A DNA stretch of 64,000 nucleotides from an uncultured bacterium (GCA_964465735.1 CAYXKT010000002.1:472-64471), one strand, 5' to 3'. Shown: positions 9,130-18,883, counted from the stretch's first letter. Notes: generated by a model from the sequence alone, not told the origin. Translations and numbers: made by a program.

Positions 9130-10314
9130 TTAAAATTCAAACGCCAGCTGGGCGGTGAACAAGTTTCGCTGGTCGTCGTTCTTGAACTCGCCGTAGAGAT
9201 ACTCAGCCGCCAGGGTGGTATTGGGGAAGATCCCCCAGGATATGCAGATCCCGCCCTGATTTTCCGGGAACCCCGGGAAATCGTTGGAGCCTTCATAGCG
9301 GAGGGCGGTCTCCCAGTTCCCGGAAAACTCCCAGGCCAACTCGATGTTCCAGGCCCGCGGCGCCTTGCCCTCGAGGTCGCTCTCCTCCCCTTCCGGAACG
9401 GGGATATCCTTAAACCTCTTCAACGCGCCCAGGTATTCGGCGCTGAGAGTCAACGAATCGAACTCAAAGATGAAATAGGCGCTGAGGCCGCCCAAGAACT
9501 CGTTGATCTCGCCCAGGGGAAGCATTTCAGCCAGGCCATCGCTATCGGCGATGTCGCTCAGATAGGAAACTCCGGTTGTCAGACCATTGACCGGAGTGAG
9601 ATCAAGGGAGGCTACCAGGTTGTTGATCCGGGAGCCTTGATCTACTTTTTGAATATCGCCCTTGAACGCGCCGACCGAGACGGCGAAGAGGTCGTCTTCC
9701 ATCCCGAGGAGAACCGCGGTCTCCCGCGTCTCGCCCAGCTCCAGGGTCAGGGGGGCGCTGATGAAGCGGCTCTCGAAAACGCCAAAGGGGACATAGAGCT
9801 TTCCGGCCGAGAGGTAATAGGGAAAATCCTCTTCCGCTCCCAGGGTGATGACCCCCTCATCGAGATCGATCGGTTCGGTGGAGTCTTCCTCCCAGAGCAG
9901 AAGGGCCCGGCCGCGGACGTATTTGATCACGTCGACGTCCAGTCCGAGCTCGAAGGTGGCCAGCGTAAGATCGCTGTTGTGCTCATACACCCCTCCGGCT
10001 TTCTTCAACATCTCGTAATTGGCCTCGATCTCGAGAAGTCCCGAAAGCATCACGCCGGGCCAGATCTCGATCCCCTCTTCGAGAAATTTCTTCCCGGCCA
10101 GGGTATCATAGAGCCGGGGCTTCTCTTTCGGTTCCGAGACCCCGGCGGCTTCCGACGGAACGGCAGGGACCCTTGACTCCAGGACTTCGATTCTCTCGGT
10201 GAGGTCACGGATGGCCGGGTCATCCTGCGCCTCAACCGCTGGGGTTGTCAGTACGGCCGCGGAAACCGCGCCAATCAATATTGAAAAAACTATTTTCATC
10301 CTTCTCATCGGCAT
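9130..10314 (-). CDS. Outer-membrane beta-barrel protein (porin-like)
   Basis: 394 aa. Signal peptide MPMRRMKIVFSILIGAVSAAVLTTPAVEA. Alternating amphipathic beta-strand pattern, rich in aromatic residues and Gly. C-terminus ...QLAFEF ends in Phe, the usual OMP beta-signal. Confidence 0.5.
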   Translation of the reverse strand: MPMRRMKIVFSILIGAVSAAVLTTPAVEAQDDPAIRDLTERIEVLESRVPAVPSEAAGVSEPKEKPRLYDTLAGKKFLEEGIEIWPGVMLSGLLEIEANYEMLKKAGGVYEHNSDLTLATFELGLDVDVIKYVRGRALLLWEEDSTEPIDLDEGVITLGAEEDFPYYLSAGKLYVPFGVFESRFISAPLTLELGETRETAVLLGMEDDLFAVSVGAFKGDIQKVDQGSRINNLVASLDLTPVNGLTTGVSYLSDIADSDGLAEMLPLGEINEFLGGLSAYFIFEFDSLTLSAEYLGALKRFKDIPVPEGEESDLEGKAPRAWNIELAWEFSGNWETALRYEGSNDFPGFPENQGGICISWGIFPNTTLAAEYLYGEFKNDDQRNLFTAQLAFEF

Positions 10315-10457
10315 TTCTCCTTTTTACAGCCTAATTTTATCGGTTTCGGGTGCTTCCCGCGTTTTACATTATTCTCATCTCCTTCCCTCGCAGTCCGGCA
10401 ACCGCAATTGATTATCTCTTTCAACCAACCTCGAAAAAATTTTCTGGAACGGACGGA

Positions 10458-10688
10458 TTACCCGATCCAGCGATACAAGACCGCTGCGGACGAACGGCAA
10501 CCATTCATACCGCAGCAACCGCAGGAGCCGCCGCGGCATTCGATCCTCTCCTTCTCCACCGACCCCTTACGGGTCAGCATCTCCATCATCTTCTCCAGCG
10601 CCGATTCCTCGATGCTGAAACGGATCGCGAGGTCGGAGAGGGAGACGGAATCCCGTTCCTTGATCAATGCCTTAATTTCGCTCAGCAT
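10458..10688 (-). CDS. feoC: FeoC-like ferrous-iron transport regulator
   Basis: 76 aa lying directly downstream of feoB (3-nt gap). Winged-helix-like N-terminus plus the Cys cluster CRGGSCGCCGMNGC, as in FeoC. Confidence 0.55.
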   Translation of the reverse strand: MLSEIKALIKERDSVSLSDLAIRFSIEESALEKMMEMLTRKGSVEKERIECRGGSCGCCGMNGCRSSAAVLYRWIG

Positions 10689-10691
10689 TGT

Positions 10692-13001
10692 TCAGCCCGT
10701 CTTCTTTTGGCTCTTTTTTATCATTCCCAGGACAAAGACGATCAGGATCGCCGCCACCATTCCGATCCAGAACAGGGATGTCCCCGGATGGAGGCCGAAC
10801 CGCGCCACCTGGTAGAAGAGGGTCGAGGTCAGCCAGGCCAGGCCCGAAAGGTAAAGGGCGCTGAAGAGCGTCCACTGCCAGTTCAGCTCCCGGTAGACGG
10901 CGGCGATGGCAGCCACGCAGGGCATATAGAGCAAAATCATCAGGAGATAGGCGTAGGCCCCCGCCCGGCCGTCGAACCGCCTCGTCAGGGCCGAGGGGGT
11001 CGAGGTTTCGACCTCCAGTCCCGCGGCGGCTTTATCCAAACTGCCGTATTCCTCAACTTCCGCCCCCAGCAGTCCGGAGACCGAGAAGGGCAGGGTCAGC
11101 TCCGCCAGCGCGACCGGGATTGTCGCGAACGACTCCCCGATTCCTCCCCAGAAGTCGAAATTTTCTCCTTCGCCGGCCGCCGCTTCATCCGGACCGGCGT
11201 CGAGCCGGGAGTAGAGCGCGTCGAGCGTCCCGATCACCGCTTCCTTGGCGAAGATCCCGGTGAAGATGCCGACCGCGGCCGGCCAGTTGGATTCCTTCAT
11301 ACCCATCGGCTGAAATATCGGGACGATCCCCTTCCCGATCGCGCTCAGGATCGAGTTCTCGCTGTCCTCATTCCCGAAGGAACCGTCCGGGCCGAGGGAG
11401 TTGAGAAAGTTCAGGACGATCACCACCAGGATGATGACTTTCCCGGCCCGGAGCATAAACGCCTTCAGCCGGTCCCAGGTATGAAACAGGATCCCCCGGA
11501 GGGCGGGGATATGATAGGGCGGAAGTTCCATCAGGAAGGCGGAGGGTTTCCCCTGTAAGACCGTCCGGTTGAGCAGAACCCCGGTCAGGACGGCGAGAAC
11601 GATCCCCGCCAGGTAGAGCGAGAGCACCACCCAGCCCCCGATCCCGGGGAAGAACGCGGCGGCGAAGAGCGCGTAGACCGGCATCCTCGCCCCGCAGGAC
11701 ATAAAGGGGTTCATCATAATCGTCATCACCCGGTCCTTTTCACTCTCCAGCGTCCGGGTGGCCATAATCGCCGGGACGTTGCAGCCGAAACCGATCAGCA
11801 TCGGGACGAAGGATTTTCCCGGCAGGCCGATCGCCCGCATCAGCCGGTCCATCACGAAGGCGGCCCGCGCCATATACCCGGAGTCCTCCAGAAGGGAGAG
11901 GCAGAGGAAGATGAAGAAGATCGGCGGGATGAAGGTGGCCACGGTCTGGATCCCCCCGCCGATACCCCCGGCCAGCAGGGTGACCAGGAACCCGGGCGCG
12001 CCGATTTTCTCCAGGAGATTTCCGAAGCCATCGACAAAGATGGTCCCGGCGAAGCCGTCAAAAAAATCTATGAAACAGCCGCCGAGGTTGATGGTGGCCC
12101 AAAAGGTGAAGTACATCGCCGCCAGGAAGATCGGGATCCCTAAAAATCGGTTCAGAACCACCCGGTCGATAACGTCGCTCACCGTTTTGCGGACAACGTC
12201 CTTGCGGTCCACCGCCTTGCGGCAGACCGCGCTGATAAATCCGTAGCGACTGTCGGCGATGACGATATCGGTGTCCTCCCCGTTAACAGCCTCGATCCTC
12301 TTCCGGAGGCCGGGGACTATTTCCCGAACCGCCGCCGGAACCGCGAACTTTCCGGGATCGATATCCCCCTCCAGCAGCTTGACCGCCAGCCAGCGGGGGT
12401 CAAACTCCCTCCCCGCCGGATCGGCCGGAAGCCGGGCGATGATCTCCGTTATCGCCTCCTCGACCTCGGGGGGGTAGTAGATCTCCACCGAGGAGACCGG
12501 CCGGTCTTTTAGGCCTCGGTTGACGGCCGATTTCAGTTCGTCGATCCCCTCCCGCCGGGAGGCGACTATGGGCACCACCGGGCAGCCCAGAAGCCCGGCC
12601 AGCTCGTCCACCTTGATCTTGAGGCGCTTGACCCGGGCCAGATCGACCATATTCAGGGCGATCACCATCGGCACCTTCATCCCGATCAGCTGGGTGGTCA
12701 GGTAGAGGTTCCGCTCCAGGTTGGAGGCGTCAACGATGTTGACGATCAGCTCCGGCCGGTCCTGGAGGATATAATCGCGGGCGATCTCCTCGTCGAGCGA
12801 CGAGGTCGAGAGAGAATAGATCCCCGGGAGATCGACGACCTCGATCTCTTGGCCGTCGCGGGAATAGTTGCCGCTCTTGCGCTCGACGGTCACCCCGGGC
12901 CAGTTGCCGACCCGCTGCTTGCCGCCGGTCAGCGCGTTGAAGAGCGTGGTCTTGCCGCAGTTGGGGTTGCCGGCGATACCGATTCTGTATTTTTTGCTCA
13001 T
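10692..13001 (-). CDS. feoB: Ferrous iron transporter FeoB
   Basis: 769 aa. N-terminal G-domain motifs GNPNCGKTTLFNALTG and DLPGIYSL, followed by the polytopic membrane domain. GGGAGG ribosome-binding site 9 nt upstream. 4-nt overlap with feoA. Confidence 0.95.
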   Translation of the reverse strand: MSKKYRIGIAGNPNCGKTTLFNALTGGKQRVGNWPGVTVERKSGNYSRDGQEIEVVDLPGIYSLSTSSLDEEIARDYILQDRPELIVNIVDASNLERNLYLTTQLIGMKVPMVIALNMVDLARVKRLKIKVDELAGLLGCPVVPIVASRREGIDELKSAVNRGLKDRPVSSVEIYYPPEVEEAITEIIARLPADPAGREFDPRWLAVKLLEGDIDPGKFAVPAAVREIVPGLRKRIEAVNGEDTDIVIADSRYGFISAVCRKAVDRKDVVRKTVSDVIDRVVLNRFLGIPIFLAAMYFTFWATINLGGCFIDFFDGFAGTIFVDGFGNLLEKIGAPGFLVTLLAGGIGGGIQTVATFIPPIFFIFLCLSLLEDSGYMARAAFVMDRLMRAIGLPGKSFVPMLIGFGCNVPAIMATRTLESEKDRVMTIMMNPFMSCGARMPVYALFAAAFFPGIGGWVVLSLYLAGIVLAVLTGVLLNRTVLQGKPSAFLMELPPYHIPALRGILFHTWDRLKAFMLRAGKVIILVVIVLNFLNSLGPDGSFGNEDSENSILSAIGKGIVPIFQPMGMKESNWPAAVGIFTGIFAKEAVIGTLDALYSRLDAGPDEAAAGEGENFDFWGGIGESFATIPVALAELTLPFSVSGLLGAEVEEYGSLDKAAAGLEVETSTPSALTRRFDGRAGAYAYLLMILLYMPCVAAIAAVYRELNWQWTLFSALYLSGLAWLTSTLFYQVARFGLHPGTSLFWIGMVAAILIVFVLGMIKKSQKKTG

Positions 13002-13246
13002 CCGTCCGAACCTCCCATCTTTTCGACCTGAACCACCCCGGCCTCCTCCTTGCGGAGGCTAAGGCGGTAATCCTTCAGCTCGATCTCCACCGGATCGCCC
13101 AGGGGGGCCACCCTGGTGACGGTGAATTCCGTCCCCTTGATCAACCCCATAGGCAGGAGCCGGGCCCGGTAGCCTTTCTCGCCCGGCGCCAGGGCCGTCA
13201 CCCGGGCCCGGTCTCCCGGTTTTAAATCACCCAATGTCAAAGGCAT
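12998..13246 (-). CDS. feoA: FeoA ferrous iron transport protein
   Basis: 82 aa SH3-like FeoA (LGDLKPGDRARV...RLLPMGLIKGTEFTVTRVAPLGDPVEIEL). ATGA overlap with feoB. GAGGAGG ribosome-binding site. Confidence 0.85.
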   Translation of the reverse strand: MPLTLGDLKPGDRARVTALAPGEKGYRARLLPMGLIKGTEFTVTRVAPLGDPVEIELKDYRLSLRKEEAGVVQVEKMGGSDG

Positions 13247-13263
13247 CGTATTCCTCCTCTTCT

Positions 13264-13290
13264 ATTATAATTAATTGATTATCTTTATCA
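13264..13290 (-). promoter_or_regulatory. Fur-box-like sequence upstream of feoA-feoB
   Basis: On the minus strand: TGATAAAGATAATCAATTAAT, about 15 of 19 matches to GATAATGATAATCATTATC. Lies 17-40 nt upstream of the feoA ATG (13246), in an AT-rich intergenic region with a GAGGAGG ribosome-binding site. Confidence 0.5.
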
Positions 13291-13312
13291 GTTGTTCCGG
13301 AAAAAAATTTTG

Positions 13313-13636
13313 TCAGCCCAGAACTGACTGATCCCGGGGAAAACCCCGTCTCTCCTCCCGGACCATAACCTTGTTCGCCTCTCCCCTGCCGATGGCCAGG
13401 CGGGTATCCTTCACTTCGATAACAATCGGACCGCTGCCGGAGTTCCTGATCACCCGTAACGGCTCGCCCGGAAGCAACCCGAGCGCGGTCAGCCGTTTCT
13501 TGAAATGCCATCCGCCCTCGAGAGCGGCCAGCGTGACAAGATCGTCCTCACGGGCAAAGGTGACCGGGACGGTATTCCCGCGCGCGCGGATAACGCGGCT
13601 ATTACGCCGGTGAAAAGCAGAATTTCGATAGATCAT
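13313..13636 (-). CDS. feoA: Second FeoA-domain protein
   Basis: 107 aa. FeoA-like core (LAALEGG...KKRLTALGLLPGEPLRVIRNSGSGPIVIEVKDTRLAIGRGEA) directly upstream of feoA/feoB. Confidence 0.7.
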   Translation of the reverse strand: MIYRNSAFHRRNSRVIRARGNTVPVTFAREDDLVTLAALEGGWHFKKRLTALGLLPGEPLRVIRNSGSGPIVIEVKDTRLAIGRGEANKVMVREERRGFPRDQSVLG

Positions 13637-13697
13637 TTGACTATGCTCCTGAGATTTTCATAACCCGAATTATTCATCATCACTTTAATTTATGGCG

Positions 13698-13765
13698 AAC
13701 AGATTAAATTGCTTCGTCGGCCAGAAAGCTTTCGGGCCTCCTCGCAATGATATGTATCATTGCGA
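13698..13765 (+). repeat. Repeat element copy D (partial, diverged) carrying the 11-bp-arm palindrome TCGCAATGATA-tg-TATCATTGCGA
   Basis: GAACAGATTAAATTGCTTCGTCGG....CCTCCTCGCAATGATATGTATCATTGCGA. About 105-130 nt upstream of the second feoA start (13636). Confidence 0.5.
13742..13765. promoter_or_regulatory. Fur-box-like palindrome (AATGATAtgTATCATT) upstream of the second feoA
   Basis: Perfect 11-bp inverted arms TCGCAATGATA/TATCATTGCGA separated by TG. The core resembles the Fur box half-sites AATGATA/TATCATT. Lies within repeat element copy D. Confidence 0.4.
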
Positions 13766-13940
13766 CCGCGATCACACCACGGGGGGAAACAATCTCTATA
13801 ATCTCTATCGACTTGCCCGACAATATTGTTTTTCGCCGATAATCCCGGTTGATGCATTGCGGTATTTAATTCCGTCGGCCCGGAATAAGGTCGAGGGGAT
13901 AATACTGCGATCGATATTCATTCTCAATCGATTTCCGAGT

Positions 13941-13965
13941 AAAAAAAATCCCGGCCGGCTCACTT
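13941..13965 (-). terminator. Possible weak intrinsic terminator downstream of fur
   Basis: The minus strand reads GAGCCGGCCGGGATTTTTTTT: a short GC palindrome CCGGCCGG followed by a T8 run directly after the fur stop (13960). Confidence 0.35.
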
Positions 13966-14388
13966 TCGGCACTCAGCACAGATCCCCCGTATCCCCAACC
14001 GGTGTTCCAGAGGCTGGAAATTGAATTTGTCGCAGACACTCTGCTGGAGCCGCTCAATCTCGTCATTCCTGAACTCATAGACTCTTCCGCACTTCACGCA
14101 AACCAGGTGATCGTGATGCTCGTGACCGTAGGTATGCTCGTAGGTGACGTTCCCCCGGCACATAACGGCCTCCTTGGCCATCCCGCTCTCGAGGAGCAGG
14201 GGGATGAACCGATAGATCGTCGGCATCGAGACCCTCTCCCCCACCGCCTTCAGCCGGTCAAAGAGATCCTCCACGGTGAAGTGGTGGTGAATCTCAAACA
14301 CTTCCCGCAGGAGAATCCTTCTCTCGGGGGTGAACTGCAATCCCCGCGACTTGAGAAAGGCGCCAAATTTATCTTCTGGGGCATCCAT
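13960..14388 (-). CDS. fur: Fur-family transcriptional regulator (ferric uptake regulator)
   Basis: 142 aa. DNA-binding helix region TPERRILLREVFEIHHHFTVEDLFDRL. Metal sites HTYGHEHHDHLVCVKCGRV and CAEC. Sits upstream of the feo genes. Confidence 0.85.
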   Translation of the reverse strand: MDAPEDKFGAFLKSRGLQFTPERRILLREVFEIHHHFTVEDLFDRLKAVGERVSMPTIYRFIPLLLESGMAKEAVMCRGNVTYEHTYGHEHHDHLVCVKCGRVYEFRNDEIERLQQSVCDKFNFQPLEHRLGIRGICAECRK

Positions 14389-14401
14389 CGTTTATAACTG
14401 T

Positions 14402-14423
14402 AATTGATAATCAGTGGCAATAT
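14402..14423 (-). promoter_or_regulatory. Possible Fur-box-like site (TTGATAATCAGT) immediately upstream of fur (autoregulation candidate)
   Basis: AATTGATAATCAGTGGCAATAT, 14-35 nt upstream of the fur ATG at 14388. This match is partial only. Confidence 0.3.
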
Positions 14424-14593
14424 ACCAGCCTCTGAAATCAGGTCAACAGTTTTTTTAAACGATCTGGTCCGGAGTTTCTTCGTCGAGGAAAACTTCAATT
14501 ACGACCCCTAACCCCGGGGTAACGAATCCGCCCGGGACATAACCTGTTGTTTCGCGAAACGTAATAGTTTGTCTTGAGAAATCCGGATTGAGC

Positions 14594-16819
14594 CTATTTC
14601 GGGGATAAACCGGACTGGTCTATAATCAGGGGTTTCCCTTCGATCAGGAAGTAGTAACCGGCCGGTTGGCCGTCGAGACCAAGCAATTCTCGCGGTTGGT
14701 CCGGGAGAGCGAATTCTTCCATCACTTTCCGGATGGCGTCCCGGTTGGAAACAACCCCGATCACCGCGGCCGCCTGCCCCGTCTCCTTATGTTCCTTCAG
14801 GAACTCTCTCATTCCATCCTCCCCGGCCCGGTATTGCCGCCAGGGGTCGGGCACTACCTCCCGGTAGTCGTAATAACGGTTGATGGTAGTACGATGACGG
14901 TGAAGTCGTCCGGTGGCGGAGTAGCTGAGAAAATCCACCACCCGGCCCAGCCCAAGCTGGGTCATAATACGGGGACAATGGATAGAAAGGCGGTAGCCTT
15001 CCTGAAGCAGGGTGTCAGAGAGCCGGCCGATCGCGGTCTGGTCGGGCTCCCGGCGGTTGAAGAACCGCTCCAGACCGAAGAGAGCGATTACCGACAGAAA
15101 AGCTGTCAGGAACAGAACCCCGCAGCCGAACGGCAGTTTTCGCAGTCGGCCGGGAAAGATATCGGTCAGCGCCCGGCCGGTCTCCTGAATGAACGCCCCG
15201 GCCAGGAGGGCGGCCAGGGGAATGCCGAGAATGAGATGCCGGGGAACCGACCCGATCGGCCGAACCAGAATCATAAACGGGCCCAGGGCCGGAACCAGCC
15301 AGAGAAGGAGGACGGCCCCCCGGGTCCGCTTCCAGTTGCCCAGGCTCCAGCCCAACCCGAGCAGGGCCAGAAGGAAGGAGGCCCGGTTGAGCAGCCCCCT
15401 TCTCGGGGGATAAGTAAAACTCCCCGAATCCCGGGCCCGGCAGAGGTTCCGGTAGAGAATATCCAGGTTCTCCATTAACTGGCCGGGGATCAGTTCCCAG
15501 CGGATCGACATATCCGCCCGGGATTGGCTGCCGATAAAGGGGTAGATGCTCCCCCCCTTGGAGCTGGTGTAGGCGGTATCGGCCACCATCTGGATATCCC
15601 CGGCCTGGATTATGAAGAAGACCGCGAAGACGGCGCCGAAGGCCGCCATCTTGGCCCAGTCGCGGCGAAAAAATCCCCGGTAGAAAATGCTCCGGTGAAT
15701 CAGAACCGCCGCCGCCAGGGGGACCAGAAACCGGGTTGGAAGATAAAAGAAGTGGTTAAAACTCAGCAAAAATCCAAGGGCCAGGTAGATGACGATCCGC
15801 CCGCTCCGGACGGCTTTCAGGAGCAGGAGGAGAACCAGCAGAGTAAAGGCAATGCTCATACTCCCGAACATCCCGGCCCGATAGATGGTCAGATGCCAGG
15901 GCGAAAAGGTGAGCAGCACCCCCGCCGTTATCCCCGCCGTCTCCCCGATCAGGCTTCTCCCCAGCAGATAGATAAGAAAAACACTCACCACCGCCCAGAA
16001 GACGGAACTGGCCCGAAAGACCACCAGGTGGACCCCGCCCAGCCGCATCAGAAAGGCCGCCGGGATGGTGAAGAGCGCCGAAGTGGACGAGTCGGCCCCA
16101 TAGGAACGGGGAAAATAGCTCCAGATCATCTCCCGGGTCGGCTGACTGCCCTCCAGGAACTGGACCGCGGCCAGGGCATTGGTAGCCTCGAACTCGTCGA
16201 ACCGAGGGTTGCGATCCAGGGCGTGAAAACCGATGGCCAGGTTCAGGACCATCAGGATCAATAACACCGGGAGGACAGAAAGGAGCCAACGCTTCCTCTC
16301 CATCGCCTGCTTCCTCTTCCCCCAAACCGCGCCCAGCAACGCGGTCAGAACCGCCACCAGGTAAAACCAGCGGGCGGAGGCGTTGTCTTTTCCGGTGATC
16401 AGCATCTCCGCCCGAACCCCGGAGAGCAGGGCGAGGGCATACCAGAAAAAAGCCGGCCGGCCTCGGGTCAGGGCAAACAGACCCAGTAGCAGGAAGAGGA
16501 CCGCCCCCCCCACGATCAGGTTAGCCGAGTGGGCTAAAAAATACTCCTGGAGGAGATGGGCCGCTTTCCACGCCTCCCGGAGGATGGGTTCGAGAGAAGG
16601 AAGAGAACCGCCGGGGTAAAAGGCGGTCCGTTTGGCCTGGTTAAGCACCAGGGCGAAACTCAGCCCAAAGAGCAGCACCCCCCCAACGACCAAAAGAATC
16701 GCTCCTCTGATCCAGGCAGTTTTCCCCCGGCGAAGGAACAGCCCCACTATGATCAAAACTAACCCGATCAGGGCCGGAACAAAGAGCGGGTTATCAATCA
16801 AACCGGGAGTGGCGGACAT
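14594..16819 (-). CDS. GT-C fold integral-membrane glycosyltransferase (ArnT/PMT-like)
   Basis: Polytopic membrane protein of about 740 aa (TLLVLLLLLKAVRSGR..., SPWHLTIYRAGMFG loop) directly downstream of a soluble GT2 polyprenyl-P-sugar synthase. I set the start at the ATG 16817-16819 (GAGGAGAG 5 nt upstream). The ORF-track start at 16951 would overlap the upstream gene by 120 nt. Confidence 0.55.
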   Translation of the reverse strand: MSATPGLIDNPLFVPALIGLVLIIVGLFLRRGKTAWIRGAILLVVGGVLLFGLSFALVLNQAKRTAFYPGGSLPSLEPILREAWKAAHLLQEYFLAHSANLIVGGAVLFLLLGLFALTRGRPAFFWYALALLSGVRAEMLITGKDNASARWFYLVAVLTALLGAVWGKRKQAMERKRWLLSVLPVLLILMVLNLAIGFHALDRNPRFDEFEATNALAAVQFLEGSQPTREMIWSYFPRSYGADSSTSALFTIPAAFLMRLGGVHLVVFRASSVFWAVVSVFLIYLLGRSLIGETAGITAGVLLTFSPWHLTIYRAGMFGSMSIAFTLLVLLLLLKAVRSGRIVIYLALGFLLSFNHFFYLPTRFLVPLAAAVLIHRSIFYRGFFRRDWAKMAAFGAVFAVFFIIQAGDIQMVADTAYTSSKGGSIYPFIGSQSRADMSIRWELIPGQLMENLDILYRNLCRARDSGSFTYPPRRGLLNRASFLLALLGLGWSLGNWKRTRGAVLLLWLVPALGPFMILVRPIGSVPRHLILGIPLAALLAGAFIQETGRALTDIFPGRLRKLPFGCGVLFLTAFLSVIALFGLERFFNRREPDQTAIGRLSDTLLQEGYRLSIHCPRIMTQLGLGRVVDFLSYSATGRLHRHRTTINRYYDYREVVPDPWRQYRAGEDGMREFLKEHKETGQAAAVIGVVSNRDAIRKVMEEFALPDQPRELLGLDGQPAGYYFLIEGKPLIIDQSGLSPK

Positions 16820-16830
16820 AACTTCTCTCC

Positions 16831-17619
16831 TCAGACTTCCCCGTCCCGATAAGCCGCGCTCTGCCGACGCCCGCGGAGAAATAATATTCGCAGGTAACCC
16901 CGGGCGGTCCGGATGATTTTCATCTTGCTCTTTCCCTGCCGTCGGGACCAATCAACCTTGAATTCAACCTCGGAGATGGACAGACGCAGCTCGACCATCT
17001 TGTAGAGCAACTCCACCATACATTCAAAACCCGGACTCTCAACGATCCCGGGACCGAAAACTTCCTGGAGCCGGAGAATAGCTCCACCCCGGAAAAGCCG
17101 AAAAAAACTACTGAAAGTATTGAGCCCCCCCAAGCCAAGACCGACCTTGACCAGGGCGTTGGCCAGATGACTGATCAGGAGCCTGAAGGTCGAGACCTCA
17201 GAAAAGCCGCCCCCATAAGTATAGGGACTGGCCAGAACGACATCGTAACCTTCCCGGATCCGGACCAGCATCCGGGAGAGGGTCTCCAATCCGGAAGTAT
17301 TATCAGCTTCCAATGTCGCCACCAGATCGTTTCTCCGCAGACTCCTCGAAAGCCGGGAAAAAGCGGCGGCAAAGGAACGGCCAGGGCCAAGATTGCGGAC
17401 GTTGGTAATAAGATCGCAGCTCAGGCTGGACCCCTGTTGGCGGATGATATCCCCTCCCCGATCCGAACTCCCATCGTCCACAGCCAGGACCCGAACCCGG
17501 TACCGGGGATGATTGGCGGCAAATTTTTCGATCTCTGAAAGTAACCGGGGAAGATTGGGGGCCTCATTATAAAAGGGAAAGACCAGATAGAGACACTGAG
17601 CAGCGGAAGAATCAGTCAC
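16831..17619 (-). CDS. GT2 polyprenyl-phosphate glycosyltransferase (Dpm1/ArnC/GtrB-like, soluble form)
   Basis: 262 aa. LYLVFPFYNEAPNL, VLAVDDGSSD and the DxD region. No C-terminal TM helices. 8-nt overlap with the upstream epimerase gene. Confidence 0.7.
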   Translation of the reverse strand: MTDSSAAQCLYLVFPFYNEAPNLPRLLSEIEKFAANHPRYRVRVLAVDDGSSDRGGDIIRQQGSSLSCDLITNVRNLGPGRSFAAAFSRLSRSLRRNDLVATLEADNTSGLETLSRMLVRIREGYDVVLASPYTYGGGFSEVSTFRLLISHLANALVKVGLGLGGLNTFSSFFRLFRGGAILRLQEVFGPGIVESPGFECMVELLYKMVELRLSISEVEFKVDWSRRQGKSKMKIIRTARGYLRILFLRGRRQSAAYRDGEV

Positions 17620-18598
17620 GGTTCCCCTCCCGCACCGCCTTGATGGTCATCTTCAGGGCGTCTTCAAAGGAAACCTGCGGGTGGTAGCCTAAGATTTCCT
17701 GGGCCCTGGTCAGATCCGGACACCGCCGAGTTATGTCCCGATACCGGCCGAAAACTTCGGAGAAAGGTATAAACTTCAGTTTCAAATCCTTCCCGGTGGC
17801 GGCCAGCCGGTGAATTATCCGAGCGGCCTTGACGACGCTGACCTCCTCGGTATTGCCCAGGTTGATGATATTCCCCACCGCCGCCGGCTGCTCCATCGCC
17901 AACACCGTTCCCCGCACCAGGTCAGAGACATAAGCCATTGAGCGGGTCTGGCTGCCGTCGCCGTGGATCACCACTTCCCGGTCATTGAGGACCGCCCGGA
18001 CAAAGATCGGGATATGCCCCCCCGACCACTGAAAACTGGAACGGGAGCTAAATCCTCCGAAATATCTCAAGACCACCACCGGCAGTCCGTACTGCTGGTG
18101 ATAACCAAAGGCCAGCTGTTCGGCGTAAAGCTTGGAGACGGCGTAACTCCAGCGTTTGATCATACTCGGCCCGATCAACAGGTCCCCATCCTCCTGGAAA
18201 GGGAGATCGGGGGACATCCCGTAAACATCGGAGGTGGAGGCGAAGATTACCTTGGCGCCGGTGGAGCGGGCCGCTTCCAAAACATTCTCGGTCCCCCGGT
18301 TATTGACCAGCAGGGTGGGAAGTCGGAAGTCCTTCTCCCCGATCTTCTTCACCGCCGCCAGATGGACTATGGTCTGCACATCGCGGGCAAGTTCCCGGAC
18401 CAGACCGCTATCGAGGACATCCCCCTGAACAAACCGGGAATTGGGATCATTCCGCCAACGGGCGATATTCTCCAACCGGCCAAAACTCAGGTTATCCAGA
18501 CCGATAACCCGGTAATTACCGCTCTCCAAGAGAGTGTCGAGAAGATGAGAACCGATCATCCCCGCCACCCCGGTTATCAGGATCTGTTTCTTGCTCAT
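17612..18598 (-). CDS. NAD-dependent sugar-nucleotide epimerase/dehydratase (extended SDR)
   Basis: 328 aa. Rossmann motif ILITGVAGMIGSHL. Catalytic YAVSK (YxxxK). Typical UDP-sugar epimerase/decarboxylase length. Confidence 0.8.
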   Translation of the reverse strand: MSKKQILITGVAGMIGSHLLDTLLESGNYRVIGLDNLSFGRLENIARWRNDPNSRFVQGDVLDSGLVRELARDVQTIVHLAAVKKIGEKDFRLPTLLVNNRGTENVLEAARSTGAKVIFASTSDVYGMSPDLPFQEDGDLLIGPSMIKRWSYAVSKLYAEQLAFGYHQQYGLPVVVLRYFGGFSSRSSFQWSGGHIPIFVRAVLNDREVVIHGDGSQTRSMAYVSDLVRGTVLAMEQPAAVGNIINLGNTEEVSVVKAARIIHRLAATGKDLKLKFIPFSEVFGRYRDITRRCPDLTRAQEILGYHPQVSFEDALKMTIKAVREGNRD

Positions 18599-18647
18599 TC
18601 TTTCCAGATAAGGTTTGAACCCGCTTGTGTACCCGATAAAGGATATA

Positions 18648-18810
18648 ACCTAAGTTGAGCGATTATTGCGGATGAAATGTGCTAAGATTTTGCTGGCCGA
18701 CGGGTTGCGAAAACCGCAGCCATATCCAGGAGATATGGCGAGGATTTTCAATATCCGTTCGGACGCAAAAGATTGGTGCAGTTCGCCGCATAGAATCGCT
18801 CAATTTAGGT
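18648..18810. mobile_element. MITE-like element of about 163 bp with 15-17 bp terminal inverted repeats (copy 1 of 2)
   Basis: acCTAAGTTGAGCGATT...AATCGCTCAATTTAGGt. AT-rich relative to its flanks. Near-identical copy at 52258-52420 (2 mismatches). Intergenic. Confidence 0.6.
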
Positions 18811-18883
18811 ATAATACTATCTTAGTCTGGGTAAAGCAAAAATAAATCGTTGAGAAAGATAACCCGAGGAAGACGACTACCGG

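Noticed and set aside
13227-13511. 94-aa ORF overlapping the second feoA gene in another frame
   Set aside because: Its composition is spurious, and the overlapping frame 13313..13636 has a recognisable FeoA fold signature.
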